Origin: Promethearchaeota archaeon
GTDB lineage: Archaea > Asgardarchaeota > Lokiarchaeia > Sigyniarchaeales > SOKP01
Assembly (NCBI GenBank): GCA_048938005.1
Contig: JBHLMQ010000012.1
Location: forward strand, 12,038-76,037
Direction of reading: 5' to 3'
DNA length: 64,000 nucleotides
Position numbers and translations under genes: made by a program
Notes under the pieces: generated by a model
The model's input: the letters and a program-made list of their open reading frames with translations, nothing else
Told to the model about the DNA's origin: nothing
Databases searched by the model: none
Part shown: positions 9,034 through 19,306 of the stretch, one piece after another
How the letters are laid out: each line of letters starts with the position of its first letter
Numbering within the stretch: the stretch's first letter is position 1

Positions 9034-9906
9034 ATGATCGATCTCCATCTACATTCAGCAGTTTCTGATGGTTCAGATACGCCTTCACAATTAATAGATT
9101 TAGCACTTGAACTGAATTTAACAGCAATTGCTTTAACAGACCATGATACAGTAGCGGGTATAGAACAATTTTTATCATATGGAGAATTGAACAAAATAAT
9201 TGTAATTCCTGGTATTGAGATTTCAATAAGACATGAGCCTAAAAGAGAATTAATAGATGTTCATATTATTGGACTTAACATCGATCATTCTTCTACAGGT
9301 TTGCTAAATGTGATTAATGATCAGATTAAAGGGAGATTAGAACAGAAAAAAACAATCTGTAAACGCTTAAAACAGGAACTTGGATATGATATTTCATTTG
9401 AAGATGTAAAAGATCTAGCAGGAGGTAAGATTATAGGTCGTCCTCATATTGTTGAGATTATGAAGAGAAATAATCCTAAGAAAGTTGAAGGAAAATCCAA
9501 AAATGATTTATTCAAATTGATTAGTATTGGTGGTGCAGCATATGTAGATCGAAAAGTTGAGTTAAACCTTGAAGAATCTATTGAGTTAATTAAATCTGCT
9601 GGTGGTATTCCAATTTTGGCGCATCCAGGAATTCATTTAGTTTTAGATAGAAAAAAATTTGTAGAATTGTGCATTGAAGCTGGGATTGAAGGCATTGAGG
9701 TAGAATATACATATGCTAAAAATAGACCTTTTTATGAAACAGAAAAAGAAATCTGGGCTCAGAATTACCTTCCTGATTACTATAGAAAAATTGCTGAAAA
9801 ATTTAATCTCATTAAATCTGGTGGTTCTGATTATCATGGAAGAAAAAAAAAGATTAAAATCGGAGAAGCAGGTGTACCAGATAGTTACTTAAAAAGTTTT
9901 ATTTGA
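9034..9906 (+). CDS. PHP-family metal-dependent phosphoesterase
   Basis: IDLHLHSAVSDGS, LTDHDTVAG, ILAHPG and GGSDYHG PHP motifs. Confidence 0.85.
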   Translation: MIDLHLHSAVSDGSDTPSQLIDLALELNLTAIALTDHDTVAGIEQFLSYGELNKIIVIPGIEISIRHEPKRELIDVHIIGLNIDHSSTGLLNVINDQIKGRLEQKKTICKRLKQELGYDISFEDVKDLAGGKIIGRPHIVEIMKRNNPKKVEGKSKNDLFKLISIGGAAYVDRKVELNLEESIELIKSAGGIPILAHPGIHLVLDRKKFVELCIEAGIEGIEVEYTYAKNRPFYETEKEIWAQNYLPDYYRKIAEKFNLIKSGGSDYHGRKKKIKIGEAGVPDSYLKSFI

Positions 9907-9923
9907 AGTAAGATTTCATTATC

Positions 9924-11762
9924 CTAATTATTTAAAAGTTTTTGTAATTTTTGAATTTGCTGCTCAATCTTTTTTACATATTCACTAACTTTTTCCTTTT
10001 TCTCTTTAAGTTCATCTTTAGTTATTTCTCCTGTAAGTTCTTTCATCTCAAAATCCAAAGACATCTTGGTAAGATTCGCTTTTTTAATTTTAAGTTCTAA
10101 TAACGACTTTTTTAAATCATCTTTTTGTTGAGTATCCATAATTATAGGTTCCTGTTTTACTTTGCTAATTACTTCAGAAGTGATTTTATCTACTGAATTT
10201 ACCGTTGTTTTTGGAATTTTCAATTTCTTAGATTCAGGTATACTTGTTTTAACTTTTTGTTCCATTAATCTAATTGGTGAAACTGGTACAGGTGCTTTAA
10301 ATTCATCAGTATTTTTTACCTGGCTGAATGGTGATATTTTTAATTTAGATTTTGCATCTTTTGGAACAAATTCTACTGATTTTGGTTTAATTTTTACCAT
10401 AAAATCTTCGGGATTTAATTTTAAACCAACATTTTCTTTAATAACTCCAGTTTCCTTAGGTTTAACAATTTCTTTAGTATCTTTAACACTTATTTCAGGC
10501 TGAAGTGAATTAATATCAGATTTTGGGATGTGAGGGGATTTATTTAATATAGGTGTTTCTACTGCTTTCTGTTCGGTCTTTAGTTCTTGATGTATTGATG
10601 GAGGTGATTGTGGTGTTATTGTTGATTTTGGTAGAGAAATTGACTTTTCTAATTCTTCTGCTTTTTTATGAAATACCGGAGCTTGTTGTTCTTCAGGTAT
10701 TATAGGTACTGCTGGTGTGGGCGGTGGAGCACCTACTTTTTTTAACATATCTTTTATTTTTTGAGATTTTTCAAAAAATTCTCTTCCCAACGAATCATCT
10801 CCTAATTCAATGCATAAATCGCTAATTTTATCGAATAAGAATGCAGCTTTATTGAAATCAGCATTCTTTAAGGCTTTAACTGCTTCCTCAGTTAATTTAT
10901 CTCTCTCAAGTAAAGGTTTTAAAAGAGGAGAGACTTCTGCACTCATCTCTAAAATATCTGCAATTATTTGAATCATTTTATCACGATTTTTAGGATCTAA
11001 TGCTATCATAGAATAAGCTTTTAAACCTAACAAATTCTCAATTTGAACGGGATTCATTGCGCTTTTTAAATCTTGTTTATTTCCTATTACAGCAGACTGA
11101 GCATATGGCGCTTGTTCTTTTATTAGTTCTAAGAAATATTTACTTTTTTCAACATTTTCTAGTGTAGAATCAGTAATCAAAAGAATTGCATCACTACCTT
11201 TAATGAAGTTATTCCATAAATAGCTAAATTGCTCTTGTCCTGCAAAATCCCATAAATGAAAATGTAATTTTCCAATTCTTATAGTTGCTATATCACCAGT
11301 AATTGTGGGAATATGTTGCATTGGAATCTCATCTGCTTTGATCAATCTAGTAATTGTAGTTTTTCCAACTCCAGAAAATCCAACTAAAGAAATTTTAGGA
11401 CGTAAATTTCTATGAATTGAATCTATAATAGGATCAAAAACTTCAAAAGTTTTTGCATCAAAACGATGTTGTAAAATATCTGCAAATAAATTTAAAAACT
11501 CAGTTTTACATTTAACTAATTCTTTTTTAATATTCTCGAATTTATCGGTCAAACTTGACACAAATAAAAAAATAAGGTTAGTTTCTTTTTCTGTTATGAA
11601 GGATACCCTATATTTATAATAATCATGAAAACCTAATTTAGATTCGCGACTAATCAATGCTTCGTCAATGATATCTTCTACTAGAAGATTTAAAGCTTCT
11701 TGCTTTAACGCTTTACCAAAATGTCTATAATATAGAAGTTCATTGCCTCTGTATATAAACAC
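9924..11762 (-). CDS. Multidomain small GTPase: N-terminal longin/roadblock-like domain, Arf/Rab-like GTPase domain, single TPR/MIT-like helical hairpin, Pro/Lys/Ser-rich disordered linker of about 200 aa, C-terminal coiled coil
   Basis: G1 LVGFSGVGKTTI, G3 LWDFAGQEQF, G4 IGNKQDL. About 120 aa of alpha/beta pattern precede G1 (NLIFLFVSSL...). EEAVKALKNADFNKAAFLFDKISDLCIELGDD follows the G domain. Next comes GAPPPTPAVPIIPEEQQAP and then low complexity. The tail is a heptad-like KDELKEKKEKVSEYVKKIEQQIQKLQKLL. Confidence 0.8.
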   Translation of the reverse strand: MFIYRGNELLYYRHFGKALKQEALNLLVEDIIDEALISRESKLGFHDYYKYRVSFITEKETNLIFLFVSSLTDKFENIKKELVKCKTEFLNLFADILQHRFDAKTFEVFDPIIDSIHRNLRPKISLVGFSGVGKTTITRLIKADEIPMQHIPTITGDIATIRIGKLHFHLWDFAGQEQFSYLWNNFIKGSDAILLITDSTLENVEKSKYFLELIKEQAPYAQSAVIGNKQDLKSAMNPVQIENLLGLKAYSMIALDPKNRDKMIQIIADILEMSAEVSPLLKPLLERDKLTEEAVKALKNADFNKAAFLFDKISDLCIELGDDSLGREFFEKSQKIKDMLKKVGAPPPTPAVPIIPEEQQAPVFHKKAEELEKSISLPKSTITPQSPPSIHQELKTEQKAVETPILNKSPHIPKSDINSLQPEISVKDTKEIVKPKETGVIKENVGLKLNPEDFMVKIKPKSVEFVPKDAKSKLKISPFSQVKNTDEFKAPVPVSPIRLMEQKVKTSIPESKKLKIPKTTVNSVDKITSEVISKVKQEPIIMDTQQKDDLKKSLLELKIKKANLTKMSLDFEMKELTGEITKDELKEKKEKVSEYVKKIEQQIQKLQKLLNN

Positions 11763-11813
11763 TTGTCTTAGAATAATTTTTCACCAAGATAATTAGGATT
11801 TATTTCTAAAAAA

Positions 11814-12305
11814 TTAATTTGAAATATGTTTCACTAAATGTTTAATAATTGAATATTTATCTTTTCTAACTTTTTCTCGCTCTAAAGTATCTTCTATTTT
11901 AGAAATTTCTTTTGAGAAATCGAAGATAGAAAACTCTTTTACTTCTCCTTCCTTACTACTCTCACTCAATTTCTTTAAAAAGACGCTAACGCTAGGCATA
12001 AATTTTGCTAAATTTACATTTAAATCTAATTTTGAAATTAATATCAATTCTTCACTGAAAGTAAACAAATAATTATATTTTTGGGCTTCCAGAGCAAAAG
12101 AATTTATCCTATTTAATTTTAATTCATTAGCAATTTCCTTAGAATTAGCAATTAGAGATAATATCCCTTGGGGAATAATTTTTCCTTTAGCAAATTCCTT
12201 AATTAACGATCCAAGTATAATTCCATATTTATTTGCTATAGCACACTCAGCATTTAAGTCAGATTTTAATTGGGAAATAATTTCCTCGTATTTAATTTGG
12301 TTCAT
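11814..12305 (-). CDS. Roadblock/LC7 (MglB-like) domain protein, co-directional and immediately upstream of the multidomain GTPase
   Basis: The hydrophobic pattern fits the Roadblock fold: AECAIANKYGIILGS, then ILSLIANSKEIANEL, then INSFALEAQKYNYLFTFSEELILISKLDLNVNL. The gap to the GTPase start is 51 nt. Confidence 0.5.
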   Translation of the reverse strand: MNQIKYEEIISQLKSDLNAECAIANKYGIILGSLIKEFAKGKIIPQGILSLIANSKEIANELKLNRINSFALEAQKYNYLFTFSEELILISKLDLNVNLAKFMPSVSVFLKKLSESSKEGEVKEFSIFDFSKEISKIEDTLEREKVRKDKYSIIKHLVKHISN

Positions 12306-12418
12306 AGTTAAGAGAAATTTTTTTTACATAAATAATGAAATGCTATTTATTTATATTTGTTTAGTTATTAGACTCATTATATTACAAATTTTTTAATGAT
12401 TCCAACATAATTATTGAT

Positions 12419-13216
12419 TTGAAAACTTACAAAACACGTTTTACAGAAAAAGAATCCGATATTACTATTATATCTGATTCAAAAAAAGCGATAATGAAGG
12501 CAAAAGAGAGTTTTTATTTCCACCGAAAAAATTTAGAGAGATATATAACAAAAGATACGCATTTTTTAACTTCCTTTTCTCCAGTTAAAGTAAAATCAGA
12601 CTTAAAAATCATTAATATTATGGCTGAAGTGGCAGAGATCTGTGATGTAGGACCAATGGCCTCTGTTGCAGGAGCATTAGCAGATCTTATGCTTGACGTG
12701 ATGATAGTTCAAACTAATAATCAAATTTCCGAATGGATCCCCTGTAAAATTGCTTTAGTAGAAAATGGAGGAGAAATTGCTATAGATTCTGAAGTACCGA
12801 TGAAGGTTGCATTATATGCAGGGGAAAATGAATTAAACTTAAATTTAGGTTTTTTAATAAAAAAAAAAGATTGCCCTATAGGTATTGGAACAAGTTCAGC
12901 AACAGTAGGTCATGCAATTAGTTTGGGACAAGCAGATGCGGTTACAATTTTCGCCAAAAATGCTGCTTTAGCAGATGCAGCGGCCACAAAAGTAGGCAAT
13001 TATGTTAAGGGAACGGATATTGAAAAATCTATAAAAGCAGGTTTAGACGTTATAGATGAAATAGATGGTATCATAGGAGCTTTTATTTCTAGGGAAAATA
13101 AAGTAGGTCAAACAGGTAAATTACCTCAATTAATAAAGATTGAAGGAGAAAAATATCAGATTATGAAAAGGACAAAACAGTTCTTATTCCCTGATGATTT
13201 TGAAATTTTTAAATAA
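12419..13216 (+). CDS. ApbE-like / UPF0280-family protein
   Basis: GPMASVAGALADLM and the later GIGTSSATVGHAISLGQADAVTI resemble ApbE-superfamily UPF0280 proteins. The start is TTG. Confidence 0.45.
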   Translation: MKTYKTRFTEKESDITIISDSKKAIMKAKESFYFHRKNLERYITKDTHFLTSFSPVKVKSDLKIINIMAEVAEICDVGPMASVAGALADLMLDVMIVQTNNQISEWIPCKIALVENGGEIAIDSEVPMKVALYAGENELNLNLGFLIKKKDCPIGIGTSSATVGHAISLGQADAVTIFAKNAALADAAATKVGNYVKGTDIEKSIKAGLDVIDEIDGIIGAFISRENKVGQTGKLPQLIKIEGEKYQIMKRTKQFLFPDDFEIFK

Positions 13217-13345
13217 TCCTATATAATTTTTTTCTTTTTCAGTTTTAGAAGAATTTAATAATTTAGACTATATTTCAGGTCCAAATTCAATAAAATAATT
13301 AGTTAAATTACTCCCAATATATCTAGTTGTGTCATTAATGTGGAA

Positions 13346-14458
13346 TTAATTTTGCATTACTTTATCTTTAATTATATTAACAATCCTTTGAGAAGTTTTT
13401 CCATCCCACTTCTCAATTTGTTGCCCTTTCTTATAAGAATTGGATAAGATCTCATCAAAATACATTTTTAATTTATTAAAATCACTACCTACTAAAGTGT
13501 TAGTTCCCATTTCAACTGTAATAGGTCTTTCAGTATTTTTCCTTAATGTTAAAATCGGGATTCTAAGATAAGATGCTTCCTCTTGAATACCCCCTGAGTC
13601 TGTTAAAATAAATTTTGCATTCATCATTAAATTTAGAAATTCCAAATAACCTAATGGTTTAATTAAAATTATGTTAGATTTATTAAGTTCATTTTCTAAA
13701 TTGAATTTTTCTAGATTTTTTTGAGTTCTTGGATGAACAGGAAAAACTATTTTGATTTTAGATTGGATATAATTCAAAATTTCGACAACTTTTTCTAGAT
13801 CTCTTTTATTATCTACATTTGATGGTCGATGAATAGTTATTAATCCATAAGAATCAAAGAATAAATCCAATTCTTTATAGTAATTGTTGTTTCGAGCCTT
13901 TTCTAGATTTCTAATTAAATTATCAATCATTATATTTCCAACAAAAAAAACTTTGCTTGAATCGATTCCTTCATTTTCTAAATTAAGTAGACCACTTCTT
14001 TCTGTTACAAATAAATAATCTGCTATCTGATCTGTTAACTTTCTGTTTATTTCTTCAGGCATTTTAAAATCAAAACTTCTTAATCCTGCTTCAATATGAG
14101 CTAATTCTATGAATTGCTTCTTGGCAACTAAGGCACAAGCAATAGTTGAGTTGACATCACCCACAACTATAACTAATTTTGGTTTTTCTTTCAAAGCAAC
14201 CTTCTCAAATTCAATCATTATCTTTGCAGTTTGAATTGCATGTGACCCTGAGCCTACATTAAGGAAATAATCTGGTTTTGGTATTCCTAAGTTATCAAAA
14301 AAGATTTTGGACATATTATAATCATAATGTTGCCCAGTATGAATTAATTTAAATCTAATTTTTTGTTTTTTAAATTCTTTAATTAAAGGAGCAATTTTCA
14401 TAAAGTTGGGTCTTGCACCTCCAATAATCAAAATGTCATTAGTCATTTTTAATATCAT
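13346..14458 (-). CDS. wecB: UDP-N-acetylglucosamine 2-epimerase (non-hydrolysing)
   Basis: IIGGARPNFMKIAPL, HTGQHYDYNMS, HIEAGLRSFD, VHPRT, TDSGGIQEEA. Confidence 0.85.
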   Translation of the reverse strand: MILKMTNDILIIGGARPNFMKIAPLIKEFKKQKIRFKLIHTGQHYDYNMSKIFFDNLGIPKPDYFLNVGSGSHAIQTAKIMIEFEKVALKEKPKLVIVVGDVNSTIACALVAKKQFIELAHIEAGLRSFDFKMPEEINRKLTDQIADYLFVTERSGLLNLENEGIDSSKVFFVGNIMIDNLIRNLEKARNNNYYKELDLFFDSYGLITIHRPSNVDNKRDLEKVVEILNYIQSKIKIVFPVHPRTQKNLEKFNLENELNKSNIILIKPLGYLEFLNLMMNAKFILTDSGGIQEEASYLRIPILTLRKNTERPITVEMGTNTLVGSDFNKLKMYFDEILSNSYKKGQQIEKWDGKTSQRIVNIIKDKVMQN

Positions 14459-14575
14459 AACTATATTCGATTATTTTTTAAAATCTTAGAAATGAAACTT
14501 TATAATTAGAATAACTTTAGTATTATCTATTATTAATTAAACATAAAAGTTTTTAATGATTCACTCGATTGGCAA

Positions 14576-15748
14576 ATGAAATATCTGCATTTTATGGGTG
14601 ACCAATTTTATTCAGGAGAGTTTATTGAGGAAATTCAATCTAATTTTAATGTTAAAGAACATCAATTCATTATAATTAATTATAAGAATAAAAAATTTAA
14701 CATAAATCCAGAAAAATATCAGAGAATTAAATTTTTTACTTATTCGGGCAATATATTGATTAGATTCTTTACTATTAAAAATATTAAGATAAAAAAATTG
14801 ATGAAAAAAGCTGAGTATATTTTTATTCATTATTTGACAGATGAAATATCTAGACTTTTATTCAAATTCAGGGGAAAAGCAAAAATAATATGGATAATTT
14901 GGGGTGCTGATTTATACGAATACATCCCATTAAAATTGTATGATCGACTTACAGCAGAAAAATTGGATTATAAAGTAATTTCGATGCTTAAAAGAATCTA
15001 TTATTCTTTTCATGATGAGATCCGAAAAATGGTAATAAAAAATCTTGATTATATTATTTCTCCATACAAAGGGGATATTCGATTATTTAAAAAATATTTT
15101 AAAAATAAGGCAGAAAGTTTTCCTCTAAATATTTATAAAAATCCAGTTGATTTTGAAGAGATTGATAAAGAAGCTGATTCCATTGATAAGAAGTTTAATT
15201 TTAAAAAAAGTGGCTATAAGCTACTGTTACTTGGCAATTCCGGAACACCAACAAATAATCATCTCGATACAATGATACGATTATCTAAAATGAAAGAACA
15301 AAATTTTAAAATTATCTGCCCACTCTCTTATGGCTCACCGTTTTATATCAAAAAGATTATCAAAAATGGTAAAAAGCTTTTTGGAGATCGATTTATTACT
15401 TTGCTGGAATTTTTAAGTCCAGATATTTATTACCATATCTTAAAACAGATTGATCTTGCGATTATGTACCATAATCGGCAACAAGGGATGGGAACCATAC
15501 AAATTCTTGTATATTTAGGGAAACCTATATGTATGAAAAAAACTTCAGCATTTTTTTATCTTAAAGAAAGAGGGATAATAGTTTTCTCAACTCAAGATTT
15601 AGAAAAATTAATTTTAAATGAAATTGAATTTACTGAAGATATGTCGAAAAATAATAAAAAAATCGCATCTAACTATTTTTCAAAAAAATCAGCGATATCA
15701 TCTATAAAAAACCTTTTAAATCTCATAGAAGCAAGAAACACTGGATGA
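14576..15748 (+). CDS. GT56-family 4-alpha-L-fucosyltransferase-like (WecF-like, TDP-Fuc4NAc transferase family)
   Basis: WIIWGADLYEY matches the WecF WHIWGADLYE block as I recall it. LLLGNSGTPTNNHLD matches the WecF GNSGD..N.H block. The length is similar. Confidence 0.6.
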   Translation: MKYLHFMGDQFYSGEFIEEIQSNFNVKEHQFIIINYKNKKFNINPEKYQRIKFFTYSGNILIRFFTIKNIKIKKLMKKAEYIFIHYLTDEISRLLFKFRGKAKIIWIIWGADLYEYIPLKLYDRLTAEKLDYKVISMLKRIYYSFHDEIRKMVIKNLDYIISPYKGDIRLFKKYFKNKAESFPLNIYKNPVDFEEIDKEADSIDKKFNFKKSGYKLLLLGNSGTPTNNHLDTMIRLSKMKEQNFKIICPLSYGSPFYIKKIIKNGKKLFGDRFITLLEFLSPDIYYHILKQIDLAIMYHNRQQGMGTIQILVYLGKPICMKKTSAFFYLKERGIIVFSTQDLEKLILNEIEFTEDMSKNNKKIASNYFSKKSAISSIKNLLNLIEARNTG

Positions 15749-15831
15749 GGTTTTGGAGGGGAAATTAAATAAAAAAATTAAAAGTAAACCGCGAAATAAT
15801 TAAATTAAACCTAAAAAACAATTAAATAATT

Positions 15832-16503
15832 ATGCTAAATAAACTTTATAAGAGGTTCCAAAAATTAGTTAATTTGTTTGGATATAACTTACTAATAAGC
15901 AGAATTAAAGTTAATTTTAATACAAATTTCGCACACCAAGTGAATTTATCTCAAAAAAATATTGAACATCTCAAAATAGTACTTAACAGAGATATATTAT
16001 TGAATTACCTCCCTAAAAATGGCATAATTGCCGAACTAGGCGTTGACAAAGGAGATTTTTCAAATAAAATTATAACTATCACACATCCAAAAAAACTCTA
16101 CTTAATAGATATATGGGATTCAGAAGTACATAATAGAAATAAAATGCTTTATGTTAAAAAAAGATTCAAAGAAGAAATAAATGCAGGGCAAGTTATAGTA
16201 ATCAGAGGTGCCTCCGAGAAAGAATTAGGGAAATTTGAAAATGGGTATTTTGACTGGGTGTATATCGATACATCTCATAATTACAAACAAACAATAAAAG
16301 AACTAGATTTATGTCGAATAAAAGTAAAAGATGGAGGAATAATAGCAGGTCATGATTATTGTCAAGGTAATATTAATGAAGCGCTAGCATATGGCGTTGT
16401 ACAAGCTGTAAATCAATTTTGTATAGAATATGATTGGGAACTTATTTATCTAACTCATGAAACTGATAGAACTTTGAGTTTCGCAATAAAAAAAATAAAT
16501 TGA
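15832..16503 (+). CDS. Class I SAM-dependent methyltransferase (Methyltransf_24-like)
   Basis: IIAELGVDKGDFS (motif I), YIDTSHNY, GGIIAGHDY. Confidence 0.55.
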   Translation: MLNKLYKRFQKLVNLFGYNLLISRIKVNFNTNFAHQVNLSQKNIEHLKIVLNRDILLNYLPKNGIIAELGVDKGDFSNKIITITHPKKLYLIDIWDSEVHNRNKMLYVKKRFKEEINAGQVIVIRGASEKELGKFENGYFDWVYIDTSHNYKQTIKELDLCRIKVKDGGIIAGHDYCQGNINEALAYGVVQAVNQFCIEYDWELIYLTHETDRTLSFAIKKIN

Positions 16504-16552
16504 AAAAAGGATTCAAGTTAATAAAAAAATTCTATATAAGAAAACAGAAATT

Positions 16553-17683
16553 ATGAAGCAAATAAAACCCTTTTATGAACCTATATATATTACAAGACCA
16601 TTACTAGCTCCACTTAGACAAATCAGGAAAAAAATTAAGGAGATCTGGAAATCCAAATGGCTAACAAATATGGGAATTCAGCATCAAAAATTAGAATCAA
16701 AATTATTGAAATACTTGGATGTTCAAAATTTAACTCTTTTTTGTAACGGAACATTGGCATTAGAAATAGCATGTAGGGCTCTAGAATTGAAAGGAGAAGT
16801 AATCACCACACCTTTCACATTTCCAGCGACAGTTAATTCGTTATATATTAACAGATTAAAACCCATTTTTTGTGATATTAAAATTAATGATTTTACTATA
16901 AATTCAGATGAAATCACAGAGTTAATAAATCCGAATACTTCAGCTATTATGCCGGTTCATGTTTTTGGAAATCCTTGTGATATTGAAAAAATTGCTAAGA
17001 TTGCTAGGAATAATAATTTACATGTTATTTATGATGCAGCACATTGCTTTGGAGTAGAATATAAAGGTAAAGGCATTGGAAATTTTGGAGATATTAGCAT
17101 GTTTAGTTTTCATGCCACAAAAATCTTCCATACATTAGAAGGCGGGGCCCTTACATATAATAATTCAGAATTAAAAGATACTTTTTATCTTCTGAAAAAT
17201 TTTGGGATTAATAAAAAAAATATAGAAGAAATTATATTACCAGGAACTAACGCTAAACTTAATGAGTTACAAGCAGCTATAGGACTAATAAATTTGAGTT
17301 TAATAAAAACGGAAATTGAAAAGCGAAAGTATTTATCATCTATTTATAGAGAAAACCTTAATGAAGTTGAAGGGATTAAACTTGTAAATGAAAAAAAGGA
17401 TGTAAAGTATAATTATCAATATTTTCCGATATTAATTGATGAGGGTCAATTTAAGTTTAATAGAGATCATGTTTTTGAGTATTTAAAGAAATTTAATATA
17501 TTCTCCCGCAAATATTTTTATCCATTATGTACCAATTATCAATTCTTAAAAGCTTTTATACCAAGCAACATTCCAAATGCTGAAAAGATATCAAATCAAA
17601 TCTTGTGTTTACCTTTATATGGAGAGCTAGCTCCACAAGATATAAAGCAAATCTGCGACATATTGAAGAGTATAAATAATTAA
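16553..17683 (+). CDS. DegT/DnrJ/EryC1/StrS-family PLP-dependent sugar aminotransferase (WecE-like)
   Basis: NGTLALEIA, DAAHCFG and FSFHATKIF (PLP lysine). Confidence 0.85.
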   Translation: MKQIKPFYEPIYITRPLLAPLRQIRKKIKEIWKSKWLTNMGIQHQKLESKLLKYLDVQNLTLFCNGTLALEIACRALELKGEVITTPFTFPATVNSLYINRLKPIFCDIKINDFTINSDEITELINPNTSAIMPVHVFGNPCDIEKIAKIARNNNLHVIYDAAHCFGVEYKGKGIGNFGDISMFSFHATKIFHTLEGGALTYNNSELKDTFYLLKNFGINKKNIEEIILPGTNAKLNELQAAIGLINLSLIKTEIEKRKYLSSIYRENLNEVEGIKLVNEKKDVKYNYQYFPILIDEGQFKFNRDHVFEYLKKFNIFSRKYFYPLCTNYQFLKAFIPSNIPNAEKISNQILCLPLYGELAPQDIKQICDILKSINN

Positions 17684-17726
17684 ATCATTAATTTTTAATA
17701 TTTTATCATAAATTTGAGGAAATCAA

Positions 17727-18305
17727 ATGCATCCTTTAATAAATAAAATAAAATCTTCCATTTCCTATGGAAGGAAACCTGAAAATCTACATATTTTTGA
17801 ATTTACTAAAATTATCAATCCTGAATTTTTATTTGTTGGAGATAATGTGATTATTGACGATTTTTGTTTGCTTTATCCAAAAGAAGATGCTGTAATAGAA
17901 ATAGGTTCATGGGTTCACATAGCAAGTTTTACATCTATTACAGGAGGGCCTGTTAAAATAGGTAATTTTTGTGCTATAGCTTCTGGTTCTCGAATTATTG
18001 CTGGATCTGACCATTATGCTAACGGAGCTTTAATGAATCCACCAATCCCTGAAAAGTTTAGAAATGTTTCAAGAGAAGGGTGCATAATGGAAGATTTCAG
18101 CTTTCTCAGTGTTAATACAATTGTTTTTCCGGGAGTTAAAATTAGTGAAGGCGCTGTAATTGGTGCAGGTTCAATTGTTAGAAAGGATGTTGATCCATGG
18201 GGGGTTTATATTATGAAAGATGGGAATATGGTAAAAATAAAGGAACGAGATAAAGCAAAAACCATCCAAAATTCGATAAAATTAAAACAGGAGTTAAATT
18301 TGTAA
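17727..18305 (+). CDS. Left-handed beta-helix (hexapeptide) sugar acetyltransferase
   Basis: Hexapeptide repeats IGNFCAIASGSRIIAGSDH and EGAVIGAGSIVRKDV. A GAGGA Shine-Dalgarno-like motif lies 7 nt upstream of the ATG. Confidence 0.7.
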   Translation: MHPLINKIKSSISYGRKPENLHIFEFTKIINPEFLFVGDNVIIDDFCLLYPKEDAVIEIGSWVHIASFTSITGGPVKIGNFCAIASGSRIIAGSDHYANGALMNPPIPEKFRNVSREGCIMEDFSFLSVNTIVFPGVKISEGAVIGAGSIVRKDVDPWGVYIMKDGNMVKIKERDKAKTIQNSIKLKQELNL

Positions 18306-18433
18306 AAATAAAAAAACGAGATTCGCTGTTAATTTATGAATAGAGATGATAGATACTCTCTTATAGAGGAAAATGTATTTATACTTTGTAAAAAAATTAT
18401 GAAATAATATTTTAATTCTTTATCACATTTATT

Positions 18434-19306
18434 ATGAAAGGAATTATATTAGCTGGTGGAAGTGGCTCAAGGCTTTATCCAATTACACATGCAATAAGTA
18501 AGCATCTAATTCCAATTTATGATAAACCGATGATATATTATCCCTTATCTGTCCTAATGCTTGCTGGTATTAGGGAAATTCTTATAATTTCAACACCGCA
18601 GCATGTAAATCTATATAAAACAATGTTAGGAGATGGTAGTAAGCTAGGTTTAAAATTTTTTTATATGATTCAAACTAAACCTCGCGGGTTGCCGGATGCT
18701 TTTATTGTTGGAGAAGAATTTATAGCGGGTGAAAAAGTTGCTCTTATTCTTGGGGATAATCTTTTTTTTGGTCAAGGGTTCACACCAGTTTTAAATGAAG
18801 CATCCTCGTTAAAAGAAGGAGCAGTAATCTTTGGTTATTATGTTAATAATCCTAAAGAATTTGGTGTTGTTGAATTTGATAAAAATGGTCAAATTATCTC
18901 AATACATGAAAAACCATTAAAACCAAAATCTAATTATGCCATTCCTGGACTTTATTTTTGCGATAATGACGTTGTAGATATGGCAAAGGCTTTAGAACAC
19001 TCACCGAGAGGAGAGCTTGAGATAACTGATTTGCTTAATGGATACCTTAAAATGGAGAAATTGCGAGTAAAACTTTTAGGAAGAGGATTCGCTTGGCTTG
19101 ACACGGGTACATATGACGGATTACTTGAGGCATCCAATTTTGTACGAACAATTCAGAAACGACAAGGACTATATATTGCATGTATCGAGGAGATTGCATA
19201 TAGGAAAAGATATATTACCCGACAAGATCTGAAAAAGATCGCAGATACCATGTTAAACACAGATTATGGGAAATACCTAAATAACATTTCCCAAGAAGAA
19301 CGATAA
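18434..19306 (+). CDS. rmlA: Glucose-1-phosphate thymidylyltransferase
   Basis: MKGIILAGGSGSRLYPIT, LGDNLFFG and the EITDL block. Confidence 0.9.
   Translation: MKGIILAGGSGSRLYPITHAISKHLIPIYDKPMIYYPLSVLMLAGIREILIISTPQHVNLYKTMLGDGSKLGLKFFYMIQTKPRGLPDAFIVGEEFIAGEKVALILGDNLFFGQGFTPVLNEASSLKEGAVIFGYYVNNPKEFGVVEFDKNGQIISIHEKPLKPKSNYAIPGLYFCDNDVVDMAKALEHSPRGELEITDLLNGYLKMEKLRVKLLGRGFAWLDTGTYDGLLEASNFVRTIQKRQGLYIACIEEIAYRKRYITRQDLKKIADTMLNTDYGKYLNNISQEER

Noticed and set aside
18434-19306. RmlA could serve as the missing heptose-1-phosphate nucleotidyltransferase of island 2.
   Set aside because: It has the canonical glucose-1-P thymidylyltransferase signature and sits with rmlB/wecE in island 1. 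Nothing in the sequence suggests heptose specificity. The step is left unassigned.
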